Source: an uncultured Fibrobacterota bacterium (GTDB taxonomy: Bacteria; Fibrobacterota; Chitinivibrionia; Chitinivibrionales; FEN-1185). Taken from it: a DNA stretch of 64,000 nucleotides. Where the stretch lies: the NCBI GenBank assembly GCA_963753345.1, contig CAVWBU010000016.1:64001-128000 (forward strand), in the 5' to 3' direction. The translations under genes were made by a program, and so were the position numbers. The notes beneath the pieces are model-generated. The model was not told the DNA's origin and ran no database searches. It saw only the letters and a list, made by a program, of their open reading frames with translations. Below, piece by piece: positions 10,311 to 19,363 of this stretch (its first letter is position 1; the number at the start of each line of letters is the position of its first letter).

Positions 10311-10488
10311 AATGGTGAAATCGGCCCTTGCCATGATGAGCGTCGCGCTCCTGGGGGGACTTATCGTTATATTGACGCACGCGTGTGCCGGCGAGAGCCG
10401 GGCGAATTCCGGAGCCGGCTGGGCATTCTCGGCCGAAGCAGCCGCCCCGGCCGCAGGCACGGCGCAGAACCCGTCGGGGGCGCGGTGA
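10303..10488 (+). CDS. Truncated RnfG-like peptide (N-terminal anchor only, 61 aa)
   Basis: Occupies the rnfG slot between rnfD and rnfE. MNEMVKSALAMMSVALLGGLIVILTH resembles the RnfG anchor. It overlaps both neighbours and has no FMN-binding domain. Confidence 0.6.
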   Translation: MNEMVKSALAMMSVALLGGLIVILTHACAGESRANSGAGWAFSAEAAAPAAGTAQNPSGAR

Positions 10489-11087
10489 ACCAGAATGTCC
10501 AGACCGCCGGCGTTTTTGCACGCAACCCCGCGTTCCGGCTGGCGCTCGGCGCGTGCCCCGCGCTCGCGGTGACCGCCACTGCGGCCGACGCTCTTGCAAT
10601 GGGCGCGCTCACAGCCGCGGTTCTTGTTGCGTCAAGCCTTGCCGTATCGGTCACAAGAAGCCTTTTTCCGCAGAGCGTAAAGATTCCCTGCCATGTCATC
10701 ATTGTTGCGGCTTTTGCCTCCGTGGCCGCCATTCTACTCGCGGCCATTGCTCCAACAACATCCTCGAGCCTGGGAATCTATGTTCCTCTCATCGCGGTCA
10801 ACTGTCTTATCCTTAACAGAGTGGATATCTTTGCATCAAGAAATAAACCATTCGCCTCGCTTGCCGACGGCTTGGTCACGGGGATTGGATTCGCCATCCT
10901 GCTGCTGGCATGCGGCGCGGTGCGCGAGCTGCTGGGCAATTTCTCCCTCCTGGGATTTGCCGTGATCCCCGGCCGCCGGCCGTTTGTCGCATTTACAAGT
11001 GCGAGCGGCGGTTTTATCAGCATCGCAATCGTGCTCGGCATTTACAACTATGCAATTTCAAGGAAGGAAACTCCGGCGAAACCATGA
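10485..11087 (+). CDS. rnfE: Rnf subunit E
   Basis: NPAFRLALGACPALAVT, LGIYVPLIAVNCLIL, GAVRELLG; GTG start at 10485. Confidence 0.9.
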   Translation: MNQNVQTAGVFARNPAFRLALGACPALAVTATAADALAMGALTAAVLVASSLAVSVTRSLFPQSVKIPCHVIIVAAFASVAAILLAAIAPTTSSSLGIYVPLIAVNCLILNRVDIFASRNKPFASLADGLVTGIGFAILLLACGAVRELLGNFSLLGFAVIPGRRPFVAFTSASGGFISIAIVLGIYNYAISRKETPAKP

Positions 11088-11704
11088 ACGCGGGTGCGCT
11101 TCTCGAGCTTTCTGTCGCTTCGATTCTCGCGAACAACATCGTGCTTTCGCGCTGCATCGGCGTTTGTCCCCTGTGCGGCGCGACCGGCAGGCTGCGGGGG
11201 ACGCTCGGCATGGGGCTGTCGGCCATCGCGGTGATGTCCGTTTCGTCGGCCCTGGGCTGGGCAATCGACCGCGCCGTCCTTGGCCCGCTTGACGCACGGT
11301 ACCTGCAGACGTTCGTGTTTGTCATTTCGATCATGTCCCTCACGCTCGTGGCCGACTTTGCGCTGCGCGGCCTGCTCCCCTCTCTGCACCGATTGGCCGG
11401 ACCGCACCTGCCCGCGCTGGCGTCAAACTGCGCAATAATCGCCGCAGCGCTTCTCTCGGTTCAGCCGGATCCTGTCACGCATGGGCCGATGGGGTTCACT
11501 GCGGCGGTCGTCACGGGCTTTGCCACCGGAATCGGATTTGCTCTGGCGACCGTGCTTATGGCTTCGATACAGCAGAGGCTTGAGTTTTCCGTTGTGCCGA
11601 AATCCCTGAAGGGACTGCCCGCGAGCTTCCTGAGCGTCGGCCTGTTGTCGCTTGCCTTCATGGGATTCCGCAACCTTCACCTTTTCCGCGGCTTTGGATG
11701 GTGA
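11084..11704 (+). CDS. rnfA: Rnf subunit A
   Basis: NNIVLSRCIGVCP, YLQTFVFV, LASNCAI, VPKSLKGLP...LSLAFMGF. Confidence 0.9.
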   Translation: MNAGALLELSVASILANNIVLSRCIGVCPLCGATGRLRGTLGMGLSAIAVMSVSSALGWAIDRAVLGPLDARYLQTFVFVISIMSLTLVADFALRGLLPSLHRLAGPHLPALASNCAIIAAALLSVQPDPVTHGPMGFTAAVVTGFATGIGFALATVLMASIQQRLEFSVVPKSLKGLPASFLSVGLLSLAFMGFRNLHLFRGFGW

Positions 11705-12726
11705 CCGTGGCTGTCGCGCTTGTTCTTCTATTGCTCGGTCTTATCGGACTCCTGGCCGGCGCAGCGCTCGGCGCGGGTTCGGCGCTGTTCCTCAAACGCG
11801 ACGATGCCGTTGCCGGCAAAATCCGGCTCGTTCTTCCGGAGGTGGACTGCGGCGCGTGCGGGTTTGAAACCTGCGAAGAATTCGCAAAGGCCGTCGCAGG
11901 AAGAAAGGCTGAACCGGCGGGCTGTGTGCCTGGCGGGCCAAAGGTCGCACATGAGCTCGGCGACATCATGGGAATTCCAGTGACCACGCCGGACCCGGTG
12001 ATGGCGGTGGTACATTGCAAGGGCGGCATCAAGGAAGCGTCAAACCGCTGCGTGTATGACGGAATGCCGGATTGCCATGCCGCCATCCTGGCCGGCAACG
12101 GCCACAAGACCTGTTTCGACGGCTGCCTCGGACTCGGCAGTTGCGCGGCCGCATGCCCCTTCGGCGCAATCCGCATAAACGATAACGGAATCGCCGCAGC
12201 CGACCCGGATGCCTGCACCGGGTGCGGCCTGTGCGTACGCGCATGCCCCCGCGGTATCATAGAGCTTATCCCCCGTGTCCACAAGATATTCATCGCGTGC
12301 GTCAACCACGACCGGGGCGCACGCGTCGGCGCTTACTGCACCGTGGGCTGCACCGCGTGCACCCTGTGTGCCAAAGCGACGCCATCGGGCGCCATTACGA
12401 TGGAAGATAATCTGCCGGTGCTCAACTACTTGTCCGGCGAGAACTTCGTGGTTGCTGCGCACTCGTGTCCTTCGGAATGCTTTGTGGACCTTGTAAAATT
12501 CCGGCCCAAGGTGAACATCGACGCCAAATGCACCGGCTGCGGCGAATGCGTTCCTTCCTGTCCAACTGACGCGATCTCGGGCGAAAAAGGTCGCCGCCAT
12601 GTCGTTTCAAAGGAAAAGTGCATCGGCTGCGGCATGTGTCTCACCACCTGCCCGGTCCATGCAATTGCGATGTGGGGAGGTCTCGGATATGTTGAAGACA
12701 TCAGGCGAAGGGTAACAAGGGCATAG
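11698..12726 (+). CDS. rnfB: Rnf subunit B (polyferredoxin type)
   Basis: TM anchor, LPEVDCGACGFETC, CVPGG, GCLGLGSCAAACPF and several CxxCxxCxxxCP motifs. Confidence 0.92.
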   Translation: MVTVAVALVLLLLGLIGLLAGAALGAGSALFLKRDDAVAGKIRLVLPEVDCGACGFETCEEFAKAVAGRKAEPAGCVPGGPKVAHELGDIMGIPVTTPDPVMAVVHCKGGIKEASNRCVYDGMPDCHAAILAGNGHKTCFDGCLGLGSCAAACPFGAIRINDNGIAAADPDACTGCGLCVRACPRGIIELIPRVHKIFIACVNHDRGARVGAYCTVGCTACTLCAKATPSGAITMEDNLPVLNYLSGENFVVAAHSCPSECFVDLVKFRPKVNIDAKCTGCGECVPSCPTDAISGEKGRRHVVSKEKCIGCGMCLTTCPVHAIAMWGGLGYVEDIRRRVTRA

Positions 12727-12814
12727 CGCAGCCTCGTTCATGCCACCGCGATTCCGGCTTTCAAAATCGGTATTCTTGGCCAGAGAACATGGCATGAATA
12801 ACAGCGGAATGCTC

Positions 12815-12843
12815 TTGACTTTAGCCCGGAATTCATGTAATAT
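12815..12843 (+). promoter_or_regulatory. Putative sigma70 promoter of the pilin gene
   Basis: TTGACT-17 nt-TAATAT, about 140 nt upstream of the ATG. Confidence 0.55.
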
Positions 12844-12983
12844 ATAGGTGAGTCCTGAACTCCAGCGGAGCTGTGATGCTCAGGAAAGGGGGTTATCCGA
12901 GTTACATGATTATTTGAATTATGTAACCGATTGGTGATAAAGCAAGTTTCCAGAACGAAAATCCAACTATTGAGGAGCAGACT

Positions 12984-13412
12984 ATGAGAAAGCTTTTGCA
13001 GAAAACCAAAGGATTCACCCTTGTCGAATTGATGGTCGTGATTGTCATTATCGGTATTCTTGCTGCGGTTGCCATTCCAAAGTTCCTTGATGCCTCACAG
13101 AAGGCAAAGGCGTCGGAATTCCCCACGCAGCTGACAGCGATCTACACGGGCCAGCTTGCATTCCAGGCCGAACGCGGCTCCTACGTGACAGTCTTTCAGT
13201 ACCTGAAAGACTCCGCAGGTGTTGATGTTCCGTCCTCGAGCAGATGGTTCAACTACACCATGACCGCTCCCAATTCCACCTCATTCACGGGAAAGGCGAC
13301 CGTGGGGACTGCATTCGGAGATGCGCAACACCCCGACTACGGGCAGATAGACCAGACAAATTCAAAGTACTGCACATCCGTGCTGGCAAGATATTGCCCG
13401 AGCTGGAGGTAG
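12984..13412 (+). CDS. pilA: Type IV pilin (probable major pilin)
   Basis: Prepilin site KG|FTLVELMVVIVIIGILAAVAIPKF, C-terminal Cys pair, GAGGAG RBS, monocistronic with its own terminator. Confidence 0.88.
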   Translation: MRKLLQKTKGFTLVELMVVIVIIGILAAVAIPKFLDASQKAKASEFPTQLTAIYTGQLAFQAERGSYVTVFQYLKDSAGVDVPSSSRWFNYTMTAPNSTSFTGKATVGTAFGDAQHPDYGQIDQTNSKYCTSVLARYCPSWR

Positions 13413-13438
13413 TATCGTAGCAATTGGTATAGGTTAGG

Positions 13439-13474
13439 AAGCCCCGGTACCAATATACCGGGGCTTTCTTTTTT
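13439..13474 (+). terminator. Rho-independent terminator after the pilin gene
   Basis: AAGCCCCGGTA-loop-TACCGGGGCTT followed by TCTTTTTT. Confidence 0.88.
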
Positions 13475-13705
13475 GCAAAAAAACCAAGCCCTTACTCGTG
13501 TCAAGGCCTTGCCCGATCCCGCAAAAAGCAGTGATCATTCCGTACCCCGTGAATGGAAATACCTAACCCTGCCGCAGAGCATCGGCAAAAAAAACGCAAA
13601 GTAGTTGGCTCGGGAATGCAGGATATATATATTGTCAATGGACAATGGCCCCCAGGCCAATCCGCCTCATTTGAATTTGAAAACCCCCGGCAAAAGGAGG
13701 CACGC

Positions 13706-15274
13706 ATGATGTCTAAATCAGTTTCCCGAGCAGTTATTGCATTGCTGTGCGCTGCGGCTGCGGTCGCGGCCCAGGCAGGCGATTGGACGCCCATGCCCAC
13801 GACCACAGCATTCGGCACGCGGGGCCTTTCGCAGACCGCATCGGCCCAGGCGCTCGGCGCAGGACGCCTCAACCTGACCGTTCAGGGCGCCTGGTACCAG
13901 CAGAAGGACAATTTTCCTGGTGCGCCAAACTCCGGCACAAACATCGCCACAGGCGTTGGGGCCCTTGCATTCGGCGTCAGCAATTATTTCGACGTGTTCG
14001 GCGGCGCAGATGGCTTCAAACTCACAAAGTATACCGCGGGCAGCACCGCATCCGGTCTGGGCACGGTCACCGGCGGAGTGCAGGCATCGCTGCCGCTCCC
14101 CCAGGGTGTTCCCATCTTTCTTGCCGTACAAGGCGCGGTGCTGGCAGGCCAGTCCAAGAACCAGATCGACTCGAACCGCGCCGATGGATACAATTACTTT
14201 GAAACGCGGACCGGCTATGATGTCATGGGCAAACTGCTTCAGTCGCTGGTGCTCGGCAGCGACAGCCGGGGATTCGCGCTGCACCTCAATGAGGGCGCTG
14301 TGAAATCGACCCAGGCCGGTAAGGATATCATCATGGTGTTCGCAGGCGGCGTTCAAGCCAACATCATTCCTTACTTGTCCATTGGCGTGGAAGCAAACTC
14401 ACGCACGTTTGCCAAGAACACCGCCTTCAAAACCGATCCTGTCTGGATCACTCCCACGGTGATAGTGAGGACGCCGGCGCTTCTCTCCTTTACGGTCGGC
14501 TGCGACGTGGCCGCTTCCCAGAAACGCACGAGCGATCCGGCGCAAAAGTCGCTTGAACCTTACCGCATCTTCGGCAGCATGCAGCTGTCAATTGACTGTC
14601 TTGCCGGAAAGAGGCGCGCCATTGCCGAGAAAGCCAAGGCCGACTCTATGGAACACGCCCAGCTTGCAGAGTGCCAGACAAGCGTCCAGCGTGTCACCCT
14701 GTCCCGCGAGGCTGCCTTGAACCAGATGAAACTCGATTCGATCCAATGCAAACGGACAGCCGACTCGCTTGCCGCCGTTAGCGGCGCTCTCTTGCGCAAG
14801 ATTCAATTGGATTCCGCGGCGCTTCTTGCGGCGCAACTTGAATACAAGCGCCTGCTGGAAATCGAGAAGGACCGGCGCTCCGACATCGAGAAGAAACTGC
14901 TGACCACGGGCATGCTGATTCTTGATGCCGTTTACTTTGAGTCGGGCAAGACCGAAATTTCCATGAATTCAAAGCCCTATCTCAAGATCATCGGCAAGAT
15001 GCTTGAACGGTATCCAAAACTGGAACTCGAGGTGGGCGGCCATACCGACAACCTCGGGTCGGCGGACAAGAACCAGCAGCTCAGCCAGCTCCGGGCCGAG
15101 GCTGTGCGCAGTTACCTGATGCAGGTTGCGCCGGGTCTCACCGACAGGCTGTCGGCAATGGGCTACGGGGCGTCCGTACCGAAGGCGGACAACAGGAAGG
15201 CGGCCGGCCGCAAGGTCAACCGCAGGGTTGAGCTCAAGGTGCTCAATCCGGATGTGTTGAAGGAATACAATTAA
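13706..15274 (+). CDS. OmpA family outer membrane protein
   Basis: AAGGAGG RBS, signal peptide, barrel-like N-terminal half, coiled linker, OmpA domain (GGHTDNLG, LSQLRAEAV, NRRVE). Confidence 0.9.
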   Translation: MMSKSVSRAVIALLCAAAAVAAQAGDWTPMPTTTAFGTRGLSQTASAQALGAGRLNLTVQGAWYQQKDNFPGAPNSGTNIATGVGALAFGVSNYFDVFGGADGFKLTKYTAGSTASGLGTVTGGVQASLPLPQGVPIFLAVQGAVLAGQSKNQIDSNRADGYNYFETRTGYDVMGKLLQSLVLGSDSRGFALHLNEGAVKSTQAGKDIIMVFAGGVQANIIPYLSIGVEANSRTFAKNTAFKTDPVWITPTVIVRTPALLSFTVGCDVAASQKRTSDPAQKSLEPYRIFGSMQLSIDCLAGKRRAIAEKAKADSMEHAQLAECQTSVQRVTLSREAALNQMKLDSIQCKRTADSLAAVSGALLRKIQLDSAALLAAQLEYKRLLEIEKDRRSDIEKKLLTTGMLILDAVYFESGKTEISMNSKPYLKIIGKMLERYPKLELEVGGHTDNLGSADKNQQLSQLRAEAVRSYLMQVAPGLTDRLSAMGYGASVPKADNRKAAGRKVNRRVELKVLNPDVLKEYN

Positions 15275-15291
15275 GAATAATAATGTTCTTG

Positions 15292-15475
15292 GTGGGGGCA
15301 CCGCCTCGCGGCGGTTCCCCCTGGCCCCAAGCCTCCTCGTCCCGCAAATAGCGGGACTGCGGGGTCTCGGGGCACACCCCCTCCTGCGAATGGGCGCGCC
15401 AAAGTCGCTCGCTTGACGCTCGCGAGGCGTCGCCCCTTCGCAACGCAACCTCAGTGGAATGCCGCTTCGCGGCTG
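15292..15475. repeat. GC-rich multi-hairpin intergenic element (REP/MITE-like, family 2)
   Basis: Several hairpins (ACCGCC-TCGC-GGCGGT, GTCCCGC-AAATA-GCGGGAC). Shares GTGGGGG, TCCCCCTG and CACCCCCTCCTG in the same order with 49335-49450. Confidence 0.5.
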
Positions 15476-15657
15476 TAAAGACGAAGTCACCGAATCAACA
15501 ACAAATCACCCATCTCTTTTATGTTAGGTTTTAAACAGCCCACTCTCCCCCACCTATTCTTGCTCTTTGTATGATCAATACCCATTCCAATTTGCATTTC
15601 CTCTAAGTATTACGTAGTTTCCAAGTGTGGGGACAATCCTTTCTTAAAGGGGACACA

Positions 15658-16951
15658 ATGAACAGGCTCATGCTCGTTTCTCTCGCGGCACTCTCCTTTG
15701 TCATCTTGCCCGCCAACGCACGGACGATTCTCGTAGGTCCTTCCCGCACTTACAAAACTCCCTGCGATGCTTCAAGCGCGGTGCAGACCGGGGATACCGT
15801 TCAAATCGACACCGGCACCTACCTTGACCAGGCCTGCATCTGGGCAATGAGCAACACGGTCATCCGCGGGGCAACGGAATTCGCGCACCTCAAGGCGCCC
15901 GCCGTCATTCCAAACCAGAAGGCGATCCTTGTTATAAGCGGCAGCAACACCACCGTGGAGAACATCGAGTTTTCCAACGCGAGCGTTCCCGACCAGAACG
16001 GCGCGGGCATACGCCAGGAAGGCAGCAACGTGACCATCCGCCACTGCTACTTTCACAATTGCGAAGACGGCATTCTCGGCGGCAGCGGCAACGTGCTCAT
16101 CGAATATTCGGAGTTTGACTCCTGCGGCTTCGGCGACGGGTACAGCCACAACATGTACATTTCGGCCTGCGACACCTTCACGCTCAGGTTTTGCTACACC
16201 CACCGAGCGGATGAAGGGCACACAGTCAAGAGCAGAGCATTTCGCAATTACATTTTGTACAACCGCATCGCCTCGGAAAACAGCACCACCAGCTACGAAA
16301 TCAATCTTCCCAATGCGGGAACTTCATTTATAATAGGCAACCTGATACAGCAGGGACCGAACTCCGACAACTCGGCCATTATCGACTACGGCTCCGAAGG
16401 CCTTGCAAGCCACGACACCGCGCTCTACGTTGTCAACAACACCATCGTGAACGACCGCGGCTCGGGAACGTTCATCTCCATTTCCAATACCTCCAACCAG
16501 CCGAAGGTGTACAACAATTTCTTCGTGGGCGGCGGCACGGTGTGCACCCGGCAGATGGATTCGGCCGCGAACATCGTCACCAACACGCCGGCGTTCGTCG
16601 ACAGGGCGAATTACGATTACCACCTCACCTCGGCTTCGCCCGGGATCGACAAGGGAGCGAATCCGGGGAGTGTGGGAAGTTTCTCACTTGCGCCCGTGTT
16701 CCAATACGTTTACAATTGTTCAGGAGAGGCGCGGACGGTTGATTGGCAGCGCGCTTGACGTGGGGGCATTGGAGTTCGGAAGCGCGAGCACGTTGACATT
16801 TCGGCAACCGGTGATGATGACCAAGGGCCGAAAGGCATTCACGCTTGGAACTGATCCGGTGTATGATGTTCTTGGGAGGAGCATGCCGAAGGATATTGGA
16901 CACGGTCATGAAATTGCGAGGCAGATTGGGGTTGTGGAGGAGAATAAGTAG
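15658..16951 (+). pseudogene. Secreted right-handed beta-helix protein with a frameshift near 16740
   Basis: ORF 15658-16758 has a signal peptide, DQNGAGIR, GYSHNMYI and DYHLTSASPGIDKG. The expected ending (GSALDVGALEFG...YDVLGR) continues in another frame to 16951. Confidence 0.7.
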
Positions 16952-17502
16952 AGCAGGAGCATGCAGGCGTGAGGATATGATACAAAGGAAATACAAGAGT
17001 AAATCAAAACCAAAATCAAGATATGGAAAGGGCTCTGCCCTTTAGATCCCGCTGGGAAAATGCTTATCAGGATCCCCCACCCACCTCCCCCGGGGGAGGC
17101 TTTGACGGGTACAGCTTCCAGGACAACAATATAGGGAGCGGGATGATTGTGGATCAACCAATGCCAAGACGAGTATTCTCAAACCACACTCCTTGTTCGG
17201 ATTCAACCAGGTCAAACATTCGAGACCAATAAAGAAAAGGTAGAAACGTGAGACGGATGAGATACCTTATTGGGGTGAAAAGTTTATCCTGCGCCTAGTT
17301 CGTGTTCAATTGCCGTTTGTTAACTGACTAATAATTATATTCACGAGCGGGAAAAGACGAGATTTAGGATTGAATGTCTAAACTTATAGCCGCTCGCGAA
17401 TGAATTAAATCCGTTTTGCGCATGAAAGCACCGCCATGCTGGCGGTGCGAAAGGCAATAAAACAAATCTAAACACCCAGCGCAATTCGCATCCGCGAACT
17501 GC

Positions 17503-17563
17503 GCCCAACCTGCACATGGCCGTCATTCCATTGCTCAATGGAACAACGCCATCCGGGTTAAAA
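17503..17563 (+). mobile_element. Possible degenerate attC-like site
   Basis: GCCCAAC ... GTTAAAA enclosing an imperfect hairpin (ATGGC/GCCAT, TTCCATT/AATGGAA). Confidence 0.3.
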
Positions 17564-17708
17564 TGGCTGAAATATAATTGCTAAAATAGAATTAATTGAG
17601 GATGTAATAACTGTGCGCAAAACGGTTAAGGAATAAGAAACAAACGGCAACTCGGGGCCGAATTTGGCCCCGCCCTTTGCCTCACCGCAATGTACCGCAA
17701 GACGGGGA

Positions 17709-17802
17709 ACACAACAGCCGCAGCACAAAAGCGCGGCTGACCTGTCGGATTGTTGAATGTATTGATAGGCCGCGTCTTTGTGCAATGCGGCGCACGTTCG
17801 TG
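17709..17802 (+). mobile_element. attC-like integron cassette recombination site
   Basis: ACACAAC-A-GCCGCA-GCACAAAAG-CGCGGC ... GCCGCG-TCTTTGTGC-AA-TGCGGC-GCAC-GTTCGTG: AAC/GTT ends and a long imperfect palindrome with extra bases. Confidence 0.6.
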
Positions 17803-18042
17803 CAAAATTGCTGGCTTGCCCAGAATCTATTCTTGCGTTTTTCATTTCTTGTACTCATCAATACCGAATAAATATTTAACATCTCAAAACAAATCTCATT
17901 TGAGAAGTCGTATCTCACTTTAATTCAATATGTTATAAATACACAGAAACAATGTTGATAGAATAATAGTTTATCATGAAAAAGGAATGTGCCGAAAAAT
18001 AGCTGTAAAATGCGATATTCTTCAACTTCTCATAAATAATTC

Positions 18043-18071
18043 TTGCAACTTTTCTATTTTGAGATTATATT
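18043..18071 (+). promoter_or_regulatory. Putative sigma70 promoter for the wHTH-NYN gene pair
   Basis: TTGCAA-17 nt-TATATT; AGGAGG RBS before 18115. Confidence 0.55.
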
Positions 18072-18114
18072 ATTCAAGGAAGGATAAATTTAAATAATCA
18101 TCTTAGGAGGCAAG

Positions 18115-18816
18115 ATGGCCAAGATACCTCAAATCCCATCATATCCATTGGGACAGTGTTTTGAAGATGTAAGAAAGATTTATGACCAATATTCACATGC
18201 CACTTTTAGCAGAGCAGAAGTAGCGAATGCGTTGGGATATTCAGCTAGTTCGGGTCCTTTTGGAAGCAGGATGGCATCATTTAGGGTCTACAACTTGCTA
18301 GAAGAGAAGGATGGTGGTTATAAAGCAACAGATTTGTTCAAAGCCCTGAAAATCACTCAGAAAGGCACTCCAGAATTTAGTCAGTATTCCATTCAAGCCA
18401 TTAAGAGCTCAGCCCTTTTCGAAGAAATTTTAAGCGAATTCCGCCATAAAATTCCAGAAATGAAGATCTTGTCCCAGAGACTTGAAATCCAGAAAAAGTT
18501 TTCTGCTGAAAAGGCGAGGGATATCGCCTCCGTTTTCATAGAGTCTCTCAACTTTGCTGGTGTTCTGGATTCAAACAATAATTTCCTTGAGCCTAAAAAA
18601 ACTGACCCTGCAAACGCAAGTCCCTCAATAAGTATCTCAAGCCGGAGAGCCAACGATACTCAGGGTGGTTTAGATTCAAGCGTTACTGCTGGAAATAGCC
18701 TGCAAATTGAAATTGCACTGGCTAACAACAGAATAGCAAGGGTGGTCTATCCAAGAGACATTTCAAAAGATGATGCTGCTAAAATCGGAAATGTGTTAGG
18801 CGCAATAGCGGGATAG
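18115..18816 (+). CDS. Hypothetical protein, probable winged-helix N-terminus
   Basis: AT-rich ORF with strong RBS; SRAEVANALGYSASSGPFGSRMASFRVYNLLE resembles a wHTH. Confidence 0.7.
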   Translation: MAKIPQIPSYPLGQCFEDVRKIYDQYSHATFSRAEVANALGYSASSGPFGSRMASFRVYNLLEEKDGGYKATDLFKALKITQKGTPEFSQYSIQAIKSSALFEEILSEFRHKIPEMKILSQRLEIQKKFSAEKARDIASVFIESLNFAGVLDSNNNFLEPKKTDPANASPSISISSRRANDTQGGLDSSVTAGNSLQIEIALANNRIARVVYPRDISKDDAAKIGNVLGAIAG

Positions 18817-18825
18817 GGAGCAAAA

Positions 18826-19326
18826 ATGGAAAAAGTAAATTTTGCATTCATTGATGGTCAAAACCTGAATCTTGGAATTCAACGCCTTGGTTGGAAACTG
18901 GATCTAAAAAGGTTCCGTATATATTTGAAAGAAAAATATGGGATTTCAAAGGCTTACTATTTTATTGGCTATCTCCCTGAAAACCAAAATCTTTATAAAT
19001 CCCTTCAGGAATTCGGATACGTTTTGATTTTCAAGCCTACAATGAAAACCCCTGACGGGAAAATCAAAGGGAACTGTGATGCCGAACTTGTTCTTCAGGC
19101 TATGATTGATTTTCCACATTATGACAAAGCCGTAATTGTGACCAGTGACGGAGATTTCAGTTGTTTAGTTGAATATTTCTATAGACAAAACAAACTGGAA
19201 GTAATCTTGTCTCCCGGCAGGGAGCACTGCTCAAGCTTGCTAAGAAAAGCGGGGAGAGAAAAGATTCAATTTTTGGACGATTTGAGGAATAAACTCGAGT
19301 TTCTAAAAGAAAAAGCACCGCTATAG
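18826..19326 (+). CDS. NYN domain (LabA/DUF88, PIN-like) ribonuclease
   Basis: AFIDGQNL, KGNCDAELVLQAM and IVTSDGDFSCLV: the acidic PIN/NYN catalytic residues are present. Confidence 0.9.
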   Translation: MEKVNFAFIDGQNLNLGIQRLGWKLDLKRFRIYLKEKYGISKAYYFIGYLPENQNLYKSLQEFGYVLIFKPTMKTPDGKIKGNCDAELVLQAMIDFPHYDKAVIVTSDGDFSCLVEYFYRQNKLEVILSPGREHCSSLLRKAGREKIQFLDDLRNKLEFLKEKAPL

Positions 19327-19363
19327 GACGAAACCTATAGAAGTGCCTTTTCATCGTAATCTT
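19303..19363 (-). ncRNA. Candidate small antisense hairpin RNA overlapping the NYN stop codon
   Basis: Minus-strand promoter TTGAAT(19398-19393)-17 nt-TATATT(19375-19370); two-part hairpin at 19309-19352 ending in a U-rich run on the minus strand. Confidence 0.4.

Noticed and set aside
12844-12983. c-di-GMP riboswitch ahead of the pilin gene
   Set aside because: The GGCAAAC...GAAA...GACGCAAA pattern is absent.
16950-17500. Integrase remnant or real genes at the left edge of the island
   Set aside because: Only short ORFs with no recognisable motifs; hairpins are present but cannot be assigned.
19320-19345. Hammerhead ribozyme suggested by GGACGAAAC
   Set aside because: No CTGATGA core at a suitable position, and GAAA lies in a hairpin loop rather than a three-way junction.
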